Shown in pieces: positions 47,901-59,985 of a DNA stretch of 64,000 nucleotides (its first letter is position 1; every line of letters begins with the position of its first letter). The stretch comes from Adineta vaga (taxonomy: Eukaryota; Animalia; Rotifera), in NCBI GenBank assembly GCA_021613535.1, contig CP075496.1:434001-498000 (forward strand). Direction: 5' to 3'. The position numbers and the translations under genes are program-made. Below the pieces are notes generated by a model that saw nothing but the letters and a program-made list of their open reading frames with translations, did not search any database and was not told the origin of the DNA.

Positions 47901-48898
47901 AAGATTAATTATGTTTGACTTTAGGAAGATTTATTTTAAAAGAATTACAAAATCAAAATGATCAAAGACAAGACAAGCGATTGTTTGTAAGGAATTTTCT
48001 CTCTTTTTTAAGTATCACTTGAACCAGGATGGAAATTCAATACTGATGGTGTTTATCAAAGTCTTCATATGAAAGTCCTTTTATAAAACCATTAAGACCT
48101 GAAAATGAATTTGAACCAAATCTAAAACAATGGACTAAATATTTAAATGATCGAAATAATTTAGTTTATTAATAATACACAAAATCGTCTGACGTAAGTT
48201 TTATTTTTATTTTTCCTCTAAGAATTATTTCATTTTCTATTTTAGAGGAAAACAACGGTCAGTTGATGATGCTTATTGTTGTGTTAATGATTCAAATATA
48301 AAAATTATTAATACATTAAGAATTTAATTTAAAAGATTCAATGAAATATCATCACGATGGATTTAAACACGTCCACTTGGTAAACAATTCAATTGTAATG
48401 CAATGGGTATTGCTGCTGTTAGTTCATCAGCTGATTTAATGTGAAAATTCAATCTTTTATATTGGGATCATAATTATTTGTCCATGTTCAAATATTTATC
48501 ATTAGAAGTTCCATTCATTTATCAAGAAGATAAAACAAAAAAAACCAAGTGAAATTTCTGCAGAATTTTCAGATGATTTATATTTTGAAAATTTCTCATT
48601 GTTTTCACAATACCTTTAAAAGTGTCAAATTCGAAAGACTTTTAACTTTGGTGCAAATGGTAAAAAATATTTCGAATAACATAAAATAGAACTTATATAT
48701 TCATCTGATTTATCGTTTCATAAATGATTATTTATATAATGATTTGTTTAATAAGAATAAAAACGTTTTCTTTTTATTATTTAGAAAATAAATAATCGAT
48801 GAAATGAAACGTTAACTAAGAATGAAATTAGTAAGTGAAATAAAACAAAAAAACTTAGCTGAATTAATTTATTTTTTATAAAATCTTCACAAAAATGT

Positions 48899-49392
48899 CT
48901 AAACTGATCTCATAAATGAACCAAATTCTGATTTATCAATTTTTCCATCATGATTCACATCAGCATAATCAAACATCGCACCAGCTGGATCATATTGATT
49001 ACTTTTTCTTGCAACATTAGGTGCTCCAATACCGACATCAGGACCAAGACCATATGTATGACCTTCTTGAGCAGCTGCACCACTTGTAAATTTTTCATAT
49101 TCAATTGGATTTTGTGTAAAACCAGCAACAGCTACATCAAGACCAACTGGATATGTCACAGTTTCTGCTGCACCTGAAGACTTTAAAAAGAAAATAAGAA
49201 TTTAAAAATAAAATTTAATCAAATGAAATAAATTACTTGAAAAGCTTTAATATCTTGTTGAGAAATATTTCCTGATAATCTTCTTTCATTTTGAACTGGT
49301 CCAAGAAATTGTCGAAATTCTTTTTCATCAATAGTTCCATCATGATTTGCATCAGCTTGATTAAATTGATTATCAAATCTTTGAGCACTCAT
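48899..49392 (-). CDS. 145-aa protein with two EF-hands at opposite termini (2 coding exons)
   Basis: Exon 49392-49237 (DANHDGTIDEKEF) splices in phase 0 to exon 49180-48899 (DVNHDGKIDKSEF); Gly/Ala-rich linker. Confidence 0.8.
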
Positions 49393-50863
49393 TATTTGTT
49401 TTATTTATTTAAAATAGAATTGATTATTTTGATTAAACCTTGCACTAATAAATACTTACCTATGACGTTTACCTTCTAAATCAACCGGAACGATGAATCT
49501 AATCAAAAAAGAAGAAAAAAAAAAACGTATCAACGATTTTTCTCATCTATATTCATTCATTAAGTAAACCTCAAGGTTATTTCTGACATTGATATGAAAC
49601 ATACCATTCATTTTTTCCTTTTCTATTCAAAATTATCGATCTTTTTTTCTTTCTTCTTCTTCTTCTTCATTTAAAAATAACTCAATCTAGTCTTATAATT
49701 GTCCACTTGATAATACTTTGCAATGATTTAAGACGCAATTGATAATTACGAAAAAAATATTTGTCATTAGGAAATAAAAATATATAAGAAAAACAAAAAA
49801 ACAACATTCTTGTTTTTATCTATTTGATGAGTTTTATTTTTCATTGATATTTTAAATATTATGTTTACATTTTTATGAGAAATTCAATTTCTTTTTAATT
49901 GTAAACAATATTAGTTTTTTCTCTATAAAGAATTCAATAGAAGAAAAAAAAAGAAAGAATAATTGATATTATGAAGAAAGATTTCCATGAGAAGATAAAT
50001 CTTCTTTGTTAATTCGTTTTATTCCACTAAAATTAAAGAAAAAATAAATTGATTTTTCTTAAATATAAATTAACAAACCATGTTGAATCAATTCCAGCAT
50101 TGATATAAATTCCTTGATCAAAATAAATTTCATTTAAATGTCGATCAAGTGGTTGAAGAGAATTTCTTCGTAATTGATTTGGTTTTAATGAAAATTCTTC
50201 TTTTTCAACATGAAGATTGTCCATAGATTATTAGTTGATAATATTCTTTTCTCTTTAAAGATCGTATTTTTATCGTTTTCTGACATTTATAATTATATGA
50301 GAAAACAAAATAAGAAAAATATATTACGTGTTGACATTTATCTATTATTATTATTATTATCAGTTTTCTTCTTTTTTCTTTCCAAAGGATAATATTTGAA
50401 ATAATCTTATTTTATTTATTAAATATACTTTCAATATCCTCTTCCTCACCTTGTGATGTATCTATTTGAGATATTTTTTCTTAAAAACGAATTTTTGAAT
50501 GTATAGGTCATAAAGAACTTTCATCATTTGCTCTACAAAACTTCTGAGTTTTTCCTCAGTAATAGAGACCTGTTAACACTTTAATTCTATACGAACGAGA
50601 TCAATGAGTGCCATCTTGAGGGTGTGGGTGTTATTGATATGATTTTAAATTTGATATAAAAAGGGAAAAAAGTCGAAAATTTCTTAAAACGTACTTAAAC
50701 TACAGAAAAAAAGAAATATTTTCTTTAAAAATCTACGAACACGTGTTTTGAAAAACGTGAATATTATATAAAAATTTGTCCTCAATGAAATGATAGATAA
50801 GAATACATTTTTTATAAGATATATAAATATGTCAAGATTAACGACAGAAATTAATAAAAACAA

Positions 50864-52966
50864 ATGTCTCAATTATTAAATTCAACAAATGAAATCATTT
50901 CATCAAGAATTGGAGGAAAAATTGTAAGTGGATTATGTTTAATTATTGGTTTAATAACAACAATTTATCAAATAAAGAATAAAAAATATTCAAAAAAAAA
51001 AGAAAAAACTCTGGATGATTATTCATATCGAGATCTTTTTCATTTTTTTATTAATCAAGAATATCATTATGATAAAATACATTTAGCAAAAGGTTTGTTT
51101 TTCTTTTTAATTAATTAAATAAACAAAAAAGCCGAATAAATATTTCTTTTTAGAATTTAGTGAACGAATGCATCATGAAGCTGAAATCTATATGATGAAT
51201 GATCATGAAGATAATCCTGATTTTCCTGATCATTTTACTTATATTAAATATAATAAAGAAAAAATCAAAGAAAAATTAGATTATATTTTTCAAAGATTAT
51301 TTAAAGAAAAATATCTTGATTGTAAGAAAATAAAGTTCTTTCTTAAAAAAACGAAATAATTTCTATTTAAGGGTTAGATGCTGGTCAACCAGTTACATCG
51401 GATTCTCATTATTGGTGGGCACAAACAAAATTACATTTAATAACATATTTAATTCAACGTGAACCATATCATTTAACAGATGGTATTTGGTTACGTGGGA
51501 TTTCTCAAGGACCAATGTCATTAATTGATTCAAAATTATTTTCAATTTATATTGATGAATTAGGAAATGGTGATGAAAATCAAAATCATCCAAATGTTTA
51601 TTTAAATGTTTTAAAAGATCTTTCACTTGATATTCCTTCAATTTATTCACGAGAATTTGTTGATCAAAAACAAATTATGAATATTAGTTTTCAAAAACCA
51701 CTTTTAACATTAACAACATCACTTTTTCCTAAAAGATTTTATCCAGAAATTCTTGGTTATACTTTAGTATTTCATTTAGAAAAAGAAAAATGAAATTTCT
51801 TTATAAAGAAAAACTTTTTCTTTTCTAGTGGCTTGAAACAACATCAGCAGCTGAACATGCGGGTTTAAGAAAAATTCTTGAACGATATAATTTAAATCCA
51901 AAATTTTCACTTCTTCATACAGCAATTGATAATAATTTAAATGGACATGGAAAATATGCACGAGATATTGTAGAAAAATATCTTGAAGATATTTTTGAAA
52001 ACGAAGGTTTAGATTCTGTTGAAAAACATTGGAAAAGAATTTGGATTGGGTAAAAAAAAAGATTTAATTAGGTTTTTAATTTGTTTTTTTCTTCAAGATA
52101 TGTTGCTTATGGTACAACGGGAGATATTTCGAAAGATTTAAGAAAATTATTTGATCAAAGTAAAATTTTATCACCAAGAGATGAATTTATTGAATTAATT
52201 GAAAAGAAAAGTTCATTTGCAAAACAAATGCATGGAAATAGAAGAATGGGTTCAAATAATTGTTTATTAAATGATTTATTTGCAAATAATCAACCAGAAA
52301 AACTTTGTTTTGAATTAGAAAATTCTCCTTTTATTGTTAAAGGAAATCCACGAGAAAGTAAATTTCTTAATCATGTTGTTTCATTTAATGGACCAATGTA
52401 TCAAGTAAATTAAAAAGAATTTTTCAATTTATTTATTCAACTTTTATTTTTAAATCAAAGGTATTTAATGCAGATGAATTATCAATTATATCACGATGGA
52501 TTATATCATTAGCTCCATCAAGTTTAAATGAAATTCTTTCATTAATATTAAAACATCGGAAATTATCAGAGAATTTAATAACAAATATAAAACTTCAATT
52601 ATCTGATGAAACTGAAGAATTTTTATTAAATTTATTTCAAAAAAATCCATCTGATCTATTATCTGCTTTTCGTTCATTAAAATGGAATATTCCTTTTGTA
52701 AAAATAAATTAAAAATCTTCTTTTATTTATTACTTTTTTTGTCTCTTTTCTAGGATGGTTCAAATGTAACAAAAGATAATGTTAATACATGTCAATTAAT
52801 GAAATCTATTGAAAATGATAGTATTCTTTCAAAAATTTTTAATAATAATGATCAAGATAAACAAATTATTGCAAATTGGATACTTGATGGATCGCCTCTT
52901 CCCGAAGAAACCTTCTTCAAACCAATTCATATAAAATCACATGAAAATTTTCAATTTTCTTTTTAA
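50864..52966 (+). CDS. Iron-containing redox enzyme (heme-oxygenase-like diiron oxidase/oxygenase family), 7 exons, N-terminal TM anchor
   Basis: Spliced reading gives PYHLTDGIWL, IYIDELGNG...NHPNVY, PEILGYTLWLE, LLHTAIDN...GHG, WKRIWIGY, SFNGPMY. Introns at 51093-51153, 51322-51371, 51767-51828, about 52050-52098, about 52405-52460 and about 52698-52753. Confidence 0.85.
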
Positions 52967-53492
52967 CGAAAAAAAAAACACGAAACGTTCATTTTTTTTC
53001 TTCTTCTTTCTCTTCTCTTCTGATATGTATATAATAGAAATATGAAATGATATTGGTTCGTTGATCAATGTTAAAATAAATGATGAATGTAATATGTCCC
53101 AAATATTTGGTTACGGTTCATTTGATATTACATCATTTCTTTTTTTTTTCTCTTTATTTGAACATCGACAATTATGATAGATGAGAAATGAACAACGAAA
53201 GACGTGAGATTAGTGTGAAGTAAAAAATGTAATAGATCATTGAACCATGACTGAAATATATGAAAGAGAAAAAGAAAAAAAAAGAAAACGAAATAAACGA
53301 ATACTTTGATCATTTCTTCGTTTTAGTTGTTCGTGTCGATTTCGTTTGCATTTTTTTTATTCTGATCTAAAAGAGAAAGAATTCAGACTGGCCACTTCGA
53401 AAAGAACTTCGTCATCATCATCATCATCAGTATCTGTATCTTCATCTCCATCATCATCAAGTACAGCAAGTAGTGTGGAAATTTATACAGTT

Positions 53493-53996
53493 ATGGGATT
53501 ATTTAATAGTGGTAAAAGTGAAAAAGTTGAAAAAGTTGAAAAATTTGAAGAACATCATGAACTTGAATCACCTAAAAATCGTCCATCACGATCATCAAAA
53601 CATCATCGTCCAAATAAATATGGAGCAATAATTCGACCAATGCCTCAACCATTACCAATAAATGGAAATATTTTTCAAGGATCAATTGCTTATCCAGGAA
53701 ATATGTTTTCAAATATGTCTCAATATAAATATGGATATCCATCAAATATTCCATATGATTTAAGTAAATTTACACCACCAACATATTCTTATAATCAATA
53801 TCCAATTGCTCAAACAACACCAATTAATTTTCCAGCAATCTGGTCCAATGGAATTTATCAATTTAATGATCGATCACCATTTCAACAACAACCACAACAA
53901 CAACAACAACAACAAGCATTTAATAATTTTCAACAAACACCATGGCCTTATATGCAACCATCTAATTATGGTTTTATGCCACCTATGAATTTTTAA
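53493..53996 (+). CDS. Low-complexity Pro/Gln/Tyr/Asn-rich protein with N-myristoylation motif
   Basis: First ATG gives MGLFNS (MGxxxS); P/Q/Y/N/F-rich body with a polyQ run. Confidence 0.65.
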   Translation: MGLFNSGKSEKVEKVEKFEEHHELESPKNRPSRSSKHHRPNKYGAIIRPMPQPLPINGNIFQGSIAYPGNMFSNMSQYKYGYPSNIPYDLSKFTPPTYSYNQYPIAQTTPINFPAIWSNGIYQFNDRSPFQQQPQQQQQQQAFNNFQQTPWPYMQPSNYGFMPPMNF

Positions 53997-55458
53997 AAAG
54001 CAAAACATTTTCGTTCCTTTTTTTTCGTCTTCGAACATTGATTTTCAAAAAGTTCAGTAGAAATATATTCATTTTTAATAGATAATATAGTTCATATAAT
54101 GTTCATTCAACCTTAACGAATGACCTTTTTTTTTCTTTTTCTTTCGTTTTCTTTAAACAAATGAAAATAATTCTTTAGTTTTTATTTCTTACTATAGAAT
54201 TAGTTTTACTAAAAATAAAATCTTTCTTTTTTTTTTATTTCAAATAATTCAATTTTAATTTATTTGAATTGATCAACTTGAAAAAGGATTTTATTAAAAT
54301 TACAACGATTAATCAAGATTATTTCTTCTCTTTCTTTTTTTCTAACTTTGTTTTATAAATAAGATTTTTGATTTGTTTCTCAAGTTTTAAAAAGACAAAT
54401 TTGATCTAAAGAATTATTGTTCTTAATAAAGATAAAGAAATCAAAGAAAAATATCAGTTTAATTTCATTAAAATTTCTTAACCTAATTATCAATAGAAAA
54501 TATTCATTCGATAGACAATTTTATCATTGTTCTTTCAACCTTAACGGATGACCTATTTCGTTGTCTTTTCAATGCAAATCAAATCTTCATTCACATTTAG
54601 TCTAACCATATCAAAAAGAAATGATTCAATTTATTCATACTAGAACCTTTTTTACAAATAAAAATCTTCATTTAGAAAGATTATTTTATACAATTTCTCA
54701 TCATTAATGAACATTTGATTAAAAAGAAGTCTATAATTCAAATATCAAATGAAAATAGTAAACGTCAAAAACCATTTCATGTCTATTGATTTATCTTAAT
54801 TAAACAATTGTTAAAATAGATAATTATAGTATAGAATTCTCTAGAAGAAAATCAACAAACGTCTTTCATCATCATTAATTTATCTCTTCTTCTCATGTGT
54901 ACAATAAATAGGATAGGATTTCAATTGAGATATTGCCATTCTATAGCATAGATACACTTTTTATTCCTCGAAATAATAGTGCAGTTATTTCAAATAAATT
55001 TTAATGACATGAACTGTCTAAATCAAATTTGAATATAAATGTACATTTATCTATTTGATATCATTTCGAAAATAAATCACGAAACTTGAGCTAGAGTTTT
55101 TCCCATAGAATAGGAATTATTTTATTTTGATTACCATTGATTATAATTCAAAATTCTGCACATAACTCTGCTTATAAATTATATTTATCAGTCATACAAT
55201 CTAAACCTTTATCTATCAAAAATAATGACTATAGGAACGCTTTTAAAAAAAAAAAGCGTGATTTATATTCGAAGTGGAATTAGACAGCTACTCTAAAATA
55301 CCCAATTATTGAAGTTCATCATTTTTATGTATATAGTTGAGAACATATTTATATGTATAGTTGATCCTTGTTCTGTCAACCTTAACGAATGACCTTTTTT
55401 CTTTTTTATTAAAACAAAAGAAAAGGGAAGTAGAAGATTTCATTTTCAATTTGAAAGA

Positions 55459-58424
55459 ATGCGTCGTAATCATTTCAGTTTAATCTTACCATCTAAACGA
55501 AGTCATTCAATTTCATCATTAAATTCCACTCGTTCATATCATTTTATACGAAGTGCCGAAAGAAATTCATTAAATCAAAGTTTTTATGAAGATTCCTTTT
55601 CATTAAAACGAAGAAAATCAAGTATTCGATGTGCTCATTATATTGTTATTGAATATTCATCAACATCAAATCCAACACGTTCAAATCATCAATTTATTCA
55701 TGCTGGAACATCTTTAGAATTAACAAATAAAACCAATTCAGATTTATCCAATGGTGAAACATTATTTCATTTATCATCACGTCTTGGTCATGAATATATT
55801 TTACGAAGATTAATTGAAGAAACACCTTATGGAACACGATTAACAAATTCCAAAGGACAAACACCATTATTATGTGCAATACAATCTTCTCATAGTTCAA
55901 CAGCAATCTTTCTAATGGATATTGATCCAATAACAATAACTGTTTGTGATGAATATTTAAATTCTGTTTTTCATTATGCAACATATTTATGTAATGATAT
56001 TGTTTTATCACGAGCAATAATATTAATTAAACGAATTAATAGTCCACAATTAAAAAAACAAGTCTTTTGTCGATTAGTTGAAAAGAATATTTATGGTAAA
56101 AGTCCATTTTTAATTTCAGTTGAAAAAGGAAATATTCGTTGTAATCGATTATTTTTTTCCAATGAGAATTTTTTTAAAAAAAATTCTTTAGATATTTGTT
56201 TATTTTTAAATAATGAAACTGTTCAATGTGCAATTGATAATGATCGAATTGATATAATGATGTATTGGTTAAGTGATTGGAATCGTTTTGAAATTTTATT
56301 AAATATTTTAATTGAAAATTCTTTAAATTTATTTGAATATTCAATTGAAAATGAAAAAATATCATTTATTCATTTATTTCTTATACAAAAATTTCCAATT
56401 GATCAAAATTCTTTAAAAGAAAAATATAAAAATTTTTTAAATAATTATAATCTCGATGATCGTTTAACACCAATTCAACGTCTTTTAAAACGAGAAAATC
56501 TTTATGATTTTATTCCTTGTCTTCTTGATCATTTTTTAATTGAAAATAATGGTGCTGATTTATCAATTATTGATGATTGTTTATTTCATTGTCCATCATC
56601 AAATCAATGTTTATTTGGACATGAAAATCATCTTTGGTCAAAAGAAAATTGGTTAAATGAACATCCATTAAATAAAATTTTACATATTTCAAATAATTCA
56701 ATTTATGATCATTCAATAATACATTTTTCAATTGATTTAAAATATCAATTATTTGGTTATATATTTTATTTAGCTGTTATTATTGGACAAATCTTTTATG
56801 TATTATTATATACATTAATCTTATTATATTCTCCTAAAACATCAATTGATAATTTAAATTATTATACATTAATTAATAAAACATGTTATGAACTTTGTTT
56901 TAAATTAATTAATAATGAAAAAATTCATTTAGAAGAAAATTCATTTTATTTAAGATTATTTCGATATATTTTAGTTTTTATATCGATATTAACTTTGTTG
57001 AAAGAAGCTTTTCAATTAATTCGACAAAAAAATCAATATTTTCAAAAAATATTTTTAAATTTACTTGAAATTCATATGTATGTAAGTGAAATTTAGAGTT
57101 TTTTCGGGCTTTTTTTTTTCTTAAATTTTGTTTTCAAAAGATCAGTGGAATTATTTATGGAATTGATTTTAATCAATGTACACGTCAAACAGGTATTCGT
57201 TGTAATTTTCAATGGCAAATTGGTTCAATTGGTTTATTATCTGTATGGATATCATTATTATTTGTTTTTATGAAAGGAATTAAATCAGGAAAATATGGTT
57301 TACTCTTTTTAACTGTTTTATTTACTTTTATTAAATTTATTATTTTTTATTCATTTATTTGGATCGGATTTTATCTTGTTTTTTATCTTTTATTAAAAGA
57401 TCTTTTTCCACAATTTAATTCATTTTATTTAATTCCAAAACTTTTAGTTATGTTTATTGGTATGATAAAAAGATATTGACTATATTTTCATCTAATAATT
57501 CTTTCGTTTCTTTTTTAGGTGAATTTGATTTTGATGAAACATTCTTTCCAAATCAAAATCCAATCAAAGGAAGTGAAGGAGCACTTTTTGTTTATTCAAT
57601 TTTTATTTTTACAATGTTTATTGTTATGTCAAATATTATGGTAATATACGAAATGTTTCTTTCTTTTCCTTTTCACAATCGATCAGTATGTTCATATGTT
57701 TATCCAATGAACTCATGATATTTTTCTTCTTTCTGAATCTTTGAAATAAAGATGAATAAGTCAAGTTCGATTAATCCGATAGGTAAAAAAAAGTCATATG
57801 TAGTACTAAAAATTTGCAACAACTGATATTTTAACGCCGATTCGTCCATCTCGAATTTCGAAGAGTGAGAGTTTCATTGAAAAACTAATCGATTGTGAAG
57901 GTTATAATTGTAGTGTTTAGATCTGACTTTCGCTTTTTTAAATTCAGGCTGGTCTTGCTGTAGCTGATGTGAAAGAATTTCGTTTAAATGCAAAACGTGA
58001 ACATTTACGTTGTCGAATAGAAACAATTTTACAAGTTCAAAGAAATTTTGGTTTTCTTTGTGAAATTTGTTCAAAAATTACATTAAAATTTTTAAATAAT
58101 AATTATTTAAATAAATATATATTTAAATATGATATGTCACGTGTAAAATTTCTTAATCGAACTTATGAACATTTTGGAATTGAAACAACAACTGGCTTAA
58201 TTAAATCAAATAATTTTAAACAAAGAGGAATTCTTTCAAAAAAATCATTTTTAATTGAAAAAAATCCATTTATCAAAAATGAAAATCAATTTGAAGAATA
58301 TTTTCAAGAATCAATATTAAAAATTCAAAGTCAATTGAAAACAATTCATTTACAATTAAAAACAGATATTCAAGAATTAAAATTACATCTTGATCAAATT
58401 ATTTCAAATAATTTTAATTTGTAA
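55459..58424 (+). CDS. TRPA-like cation channel (ankyrin repeats + 6 TM + coiled coil), 4 exons
   Basis: Ankyrin repeats (GETLFHL, GQTPLLCA, NSVFHYA, GKSPFLIS); TM region WQIGSIG...W.SLL, pore VMFIGEFDF, S6 IVMSNIM/AGLAVADV; introns about 57082-57140, 57460-57518, 57641-57947. Confidence 0.88.
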
Positions 58425-58847
58425 TTTTTTTAAAACATCAGTAGAGATATTTGTATGTGTATATACATTTTTAATAGTTCATATAATGTTCATTCACTCT
58501 TAATTGAATGGCAATTTTTTATTCTTTTCATTAAAATAAATGTTTGTTGAATTCTATTAAACAGATTTCTCATTGAAAATCTTTCTCTTTAAAGAATCAT
58601 TATGCAGAATAAGTATTTTATTTGAAAGTGACGGACTTTTTCTAAGTTTTACACGACACAAAAGACAAATATTCTTTGTTTCTATAATTAAATCAAACCA
58701 ATATATCTATGTGGACAATCATTGCAACATATGCTCTTCATATACCTGGAATTTGTTATTGTTTCTTTATTTATGCTATAACATAAGAAAAATATTTCGA
58801 TTTAAATTATTTCATTAACTTCTATGGAAACAAAACATACATATCTA

Positions 58848-59487
58848 ATGGCGTCATCATCGTCTTCTTCTATGTCGTATGATGTATTCATCACCAGTGG
58901 TGGTCATGTTCGACGACGAGCGGTACTTATAAATGATTATGGTTTTGGCTGACGTTCTCGGTCAAATTAACACTAATTATCTGACAAAGAGTGATCTTGT
59001 ATAAATAGATTGGGAGAATACCGAAGGAGAAAATTCTTAAATATCTTATACTGTCGATGACCATTTCACCATTTATTGAATTAGTGCGTATAATTGTTTT
59101 TTGTTACTTTCTTGCTTTATGTTCGATTGGATAAGCTATACTATGATCAGAAAACTACATTAAATGTATCTGCATAATATTCTTGTTGTCATAGAAATAG
59201 AACAATAGTTAGTAAAATGTACTTTTTCTTTGTCTTTTTAGCTAATTCAAATGAAAGATAAACAAACGAAGTTAATGAACGATCTGGTGAAAGCAAGGGA
59301 AAATGTTTCACAATGCAGCTTTATCGAAGATCCATTAAAATGGAATCAATTATTTGATATTGTTTTAACATCTGAACTTCAACGATTTGAAGGTAAGCTA
59401 GTTTAGTTTTACTTAATTGTTTAACATTTTTGTTATATAGATTGTCAGAAAAATATCCATAAAGCTAAATTACCATATTCCTCGTAG
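58848..59487 (+). CDS. Small three-exon GGHVRRR-motif protein, copy A (about 90 aa)
   Basis: Exons 58848-58922, 59242-59392, 59441-59487 splice in frame (GT-AG); paralogous to 62109-62843. Confidence 0.65.
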
Positions 59488-59715
59488 TGTATTCGATCCA
59501 GTGTATTATTCATTGGGTATGTTTTTTGCTATTATAATCAATATCTTGGATGTTTATTTTTAATTTTTATTATAATCAAGATTTTCGATCTCCTCTTTGC
59601 TATTACTATCAAGATCTTTAATAGGTTTTTTTTCTATTCTAATCAAAATTCTCAATGTGTTTCTACAATATTTTCTTGATTTTTTGAACTGTTATTATGT
59701 TCTATGAAAATAAAA

Positions 59716-59813
59716 TTGAAGAATATTTTGAAGAATCAATATTAAAAATTGAAAATCAATTGAAAAAAGATATTCAAGAACTTAAATTACATCTTGATCA
59801 AATTATTTCAAAT
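59716..59813 (+). repeat. Duplicated fragment of the TRP channel 3' end
   Basis: Closely matches 58291-58409 (ttgaagaatatttt...aaattacatcttgatcaaattatttcaaat) with an internal deletion of about 21 nt. Confidence 0.8.
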
Positions 59814-59985
59814 CATTTACATTTTTGAATTTTCATTTATTTATTATTTGTTTTTCATTAGAAAAAAGATATTTCAGTTATGATTATATTTCTTGTTTTT
59901 GTCTTTCGTTTTCACCTTGAAATAAATCACATGTTGATGAAAAAAAAACAAATACGTAAATCAAAGAAAAAGAAATATTTTCTTT

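Larger units (their letters stand above)
47310..48560 (+). pseudogene. Unidentified degraded gene interrupted by the hairpin insertion
   Basis: Coding-like fragments with stops: LKYFDYMEYVYGLEEHRDDFSRK, EPGWKFNTDGVYQ, PLRPENEFEPNLKQWTKYL, TRPLGKQFNCNAMGIAAVSSSADL; intron-like GTAAG...TTTAG at about 48194-48245. Confidence 0.45.

Noticed and set aside
50033-50224. 63-aa ORF with plausible codon usage
   Set aside because: May be a small gene, but its second exon and identity could not be established.
35555-52966. Bacterial or fungal contamination, or an operon
   Set aside because: Genes have host-type short introns or polyA signals, mixed orientation and host codon bias, and are interleaved with animal genes.
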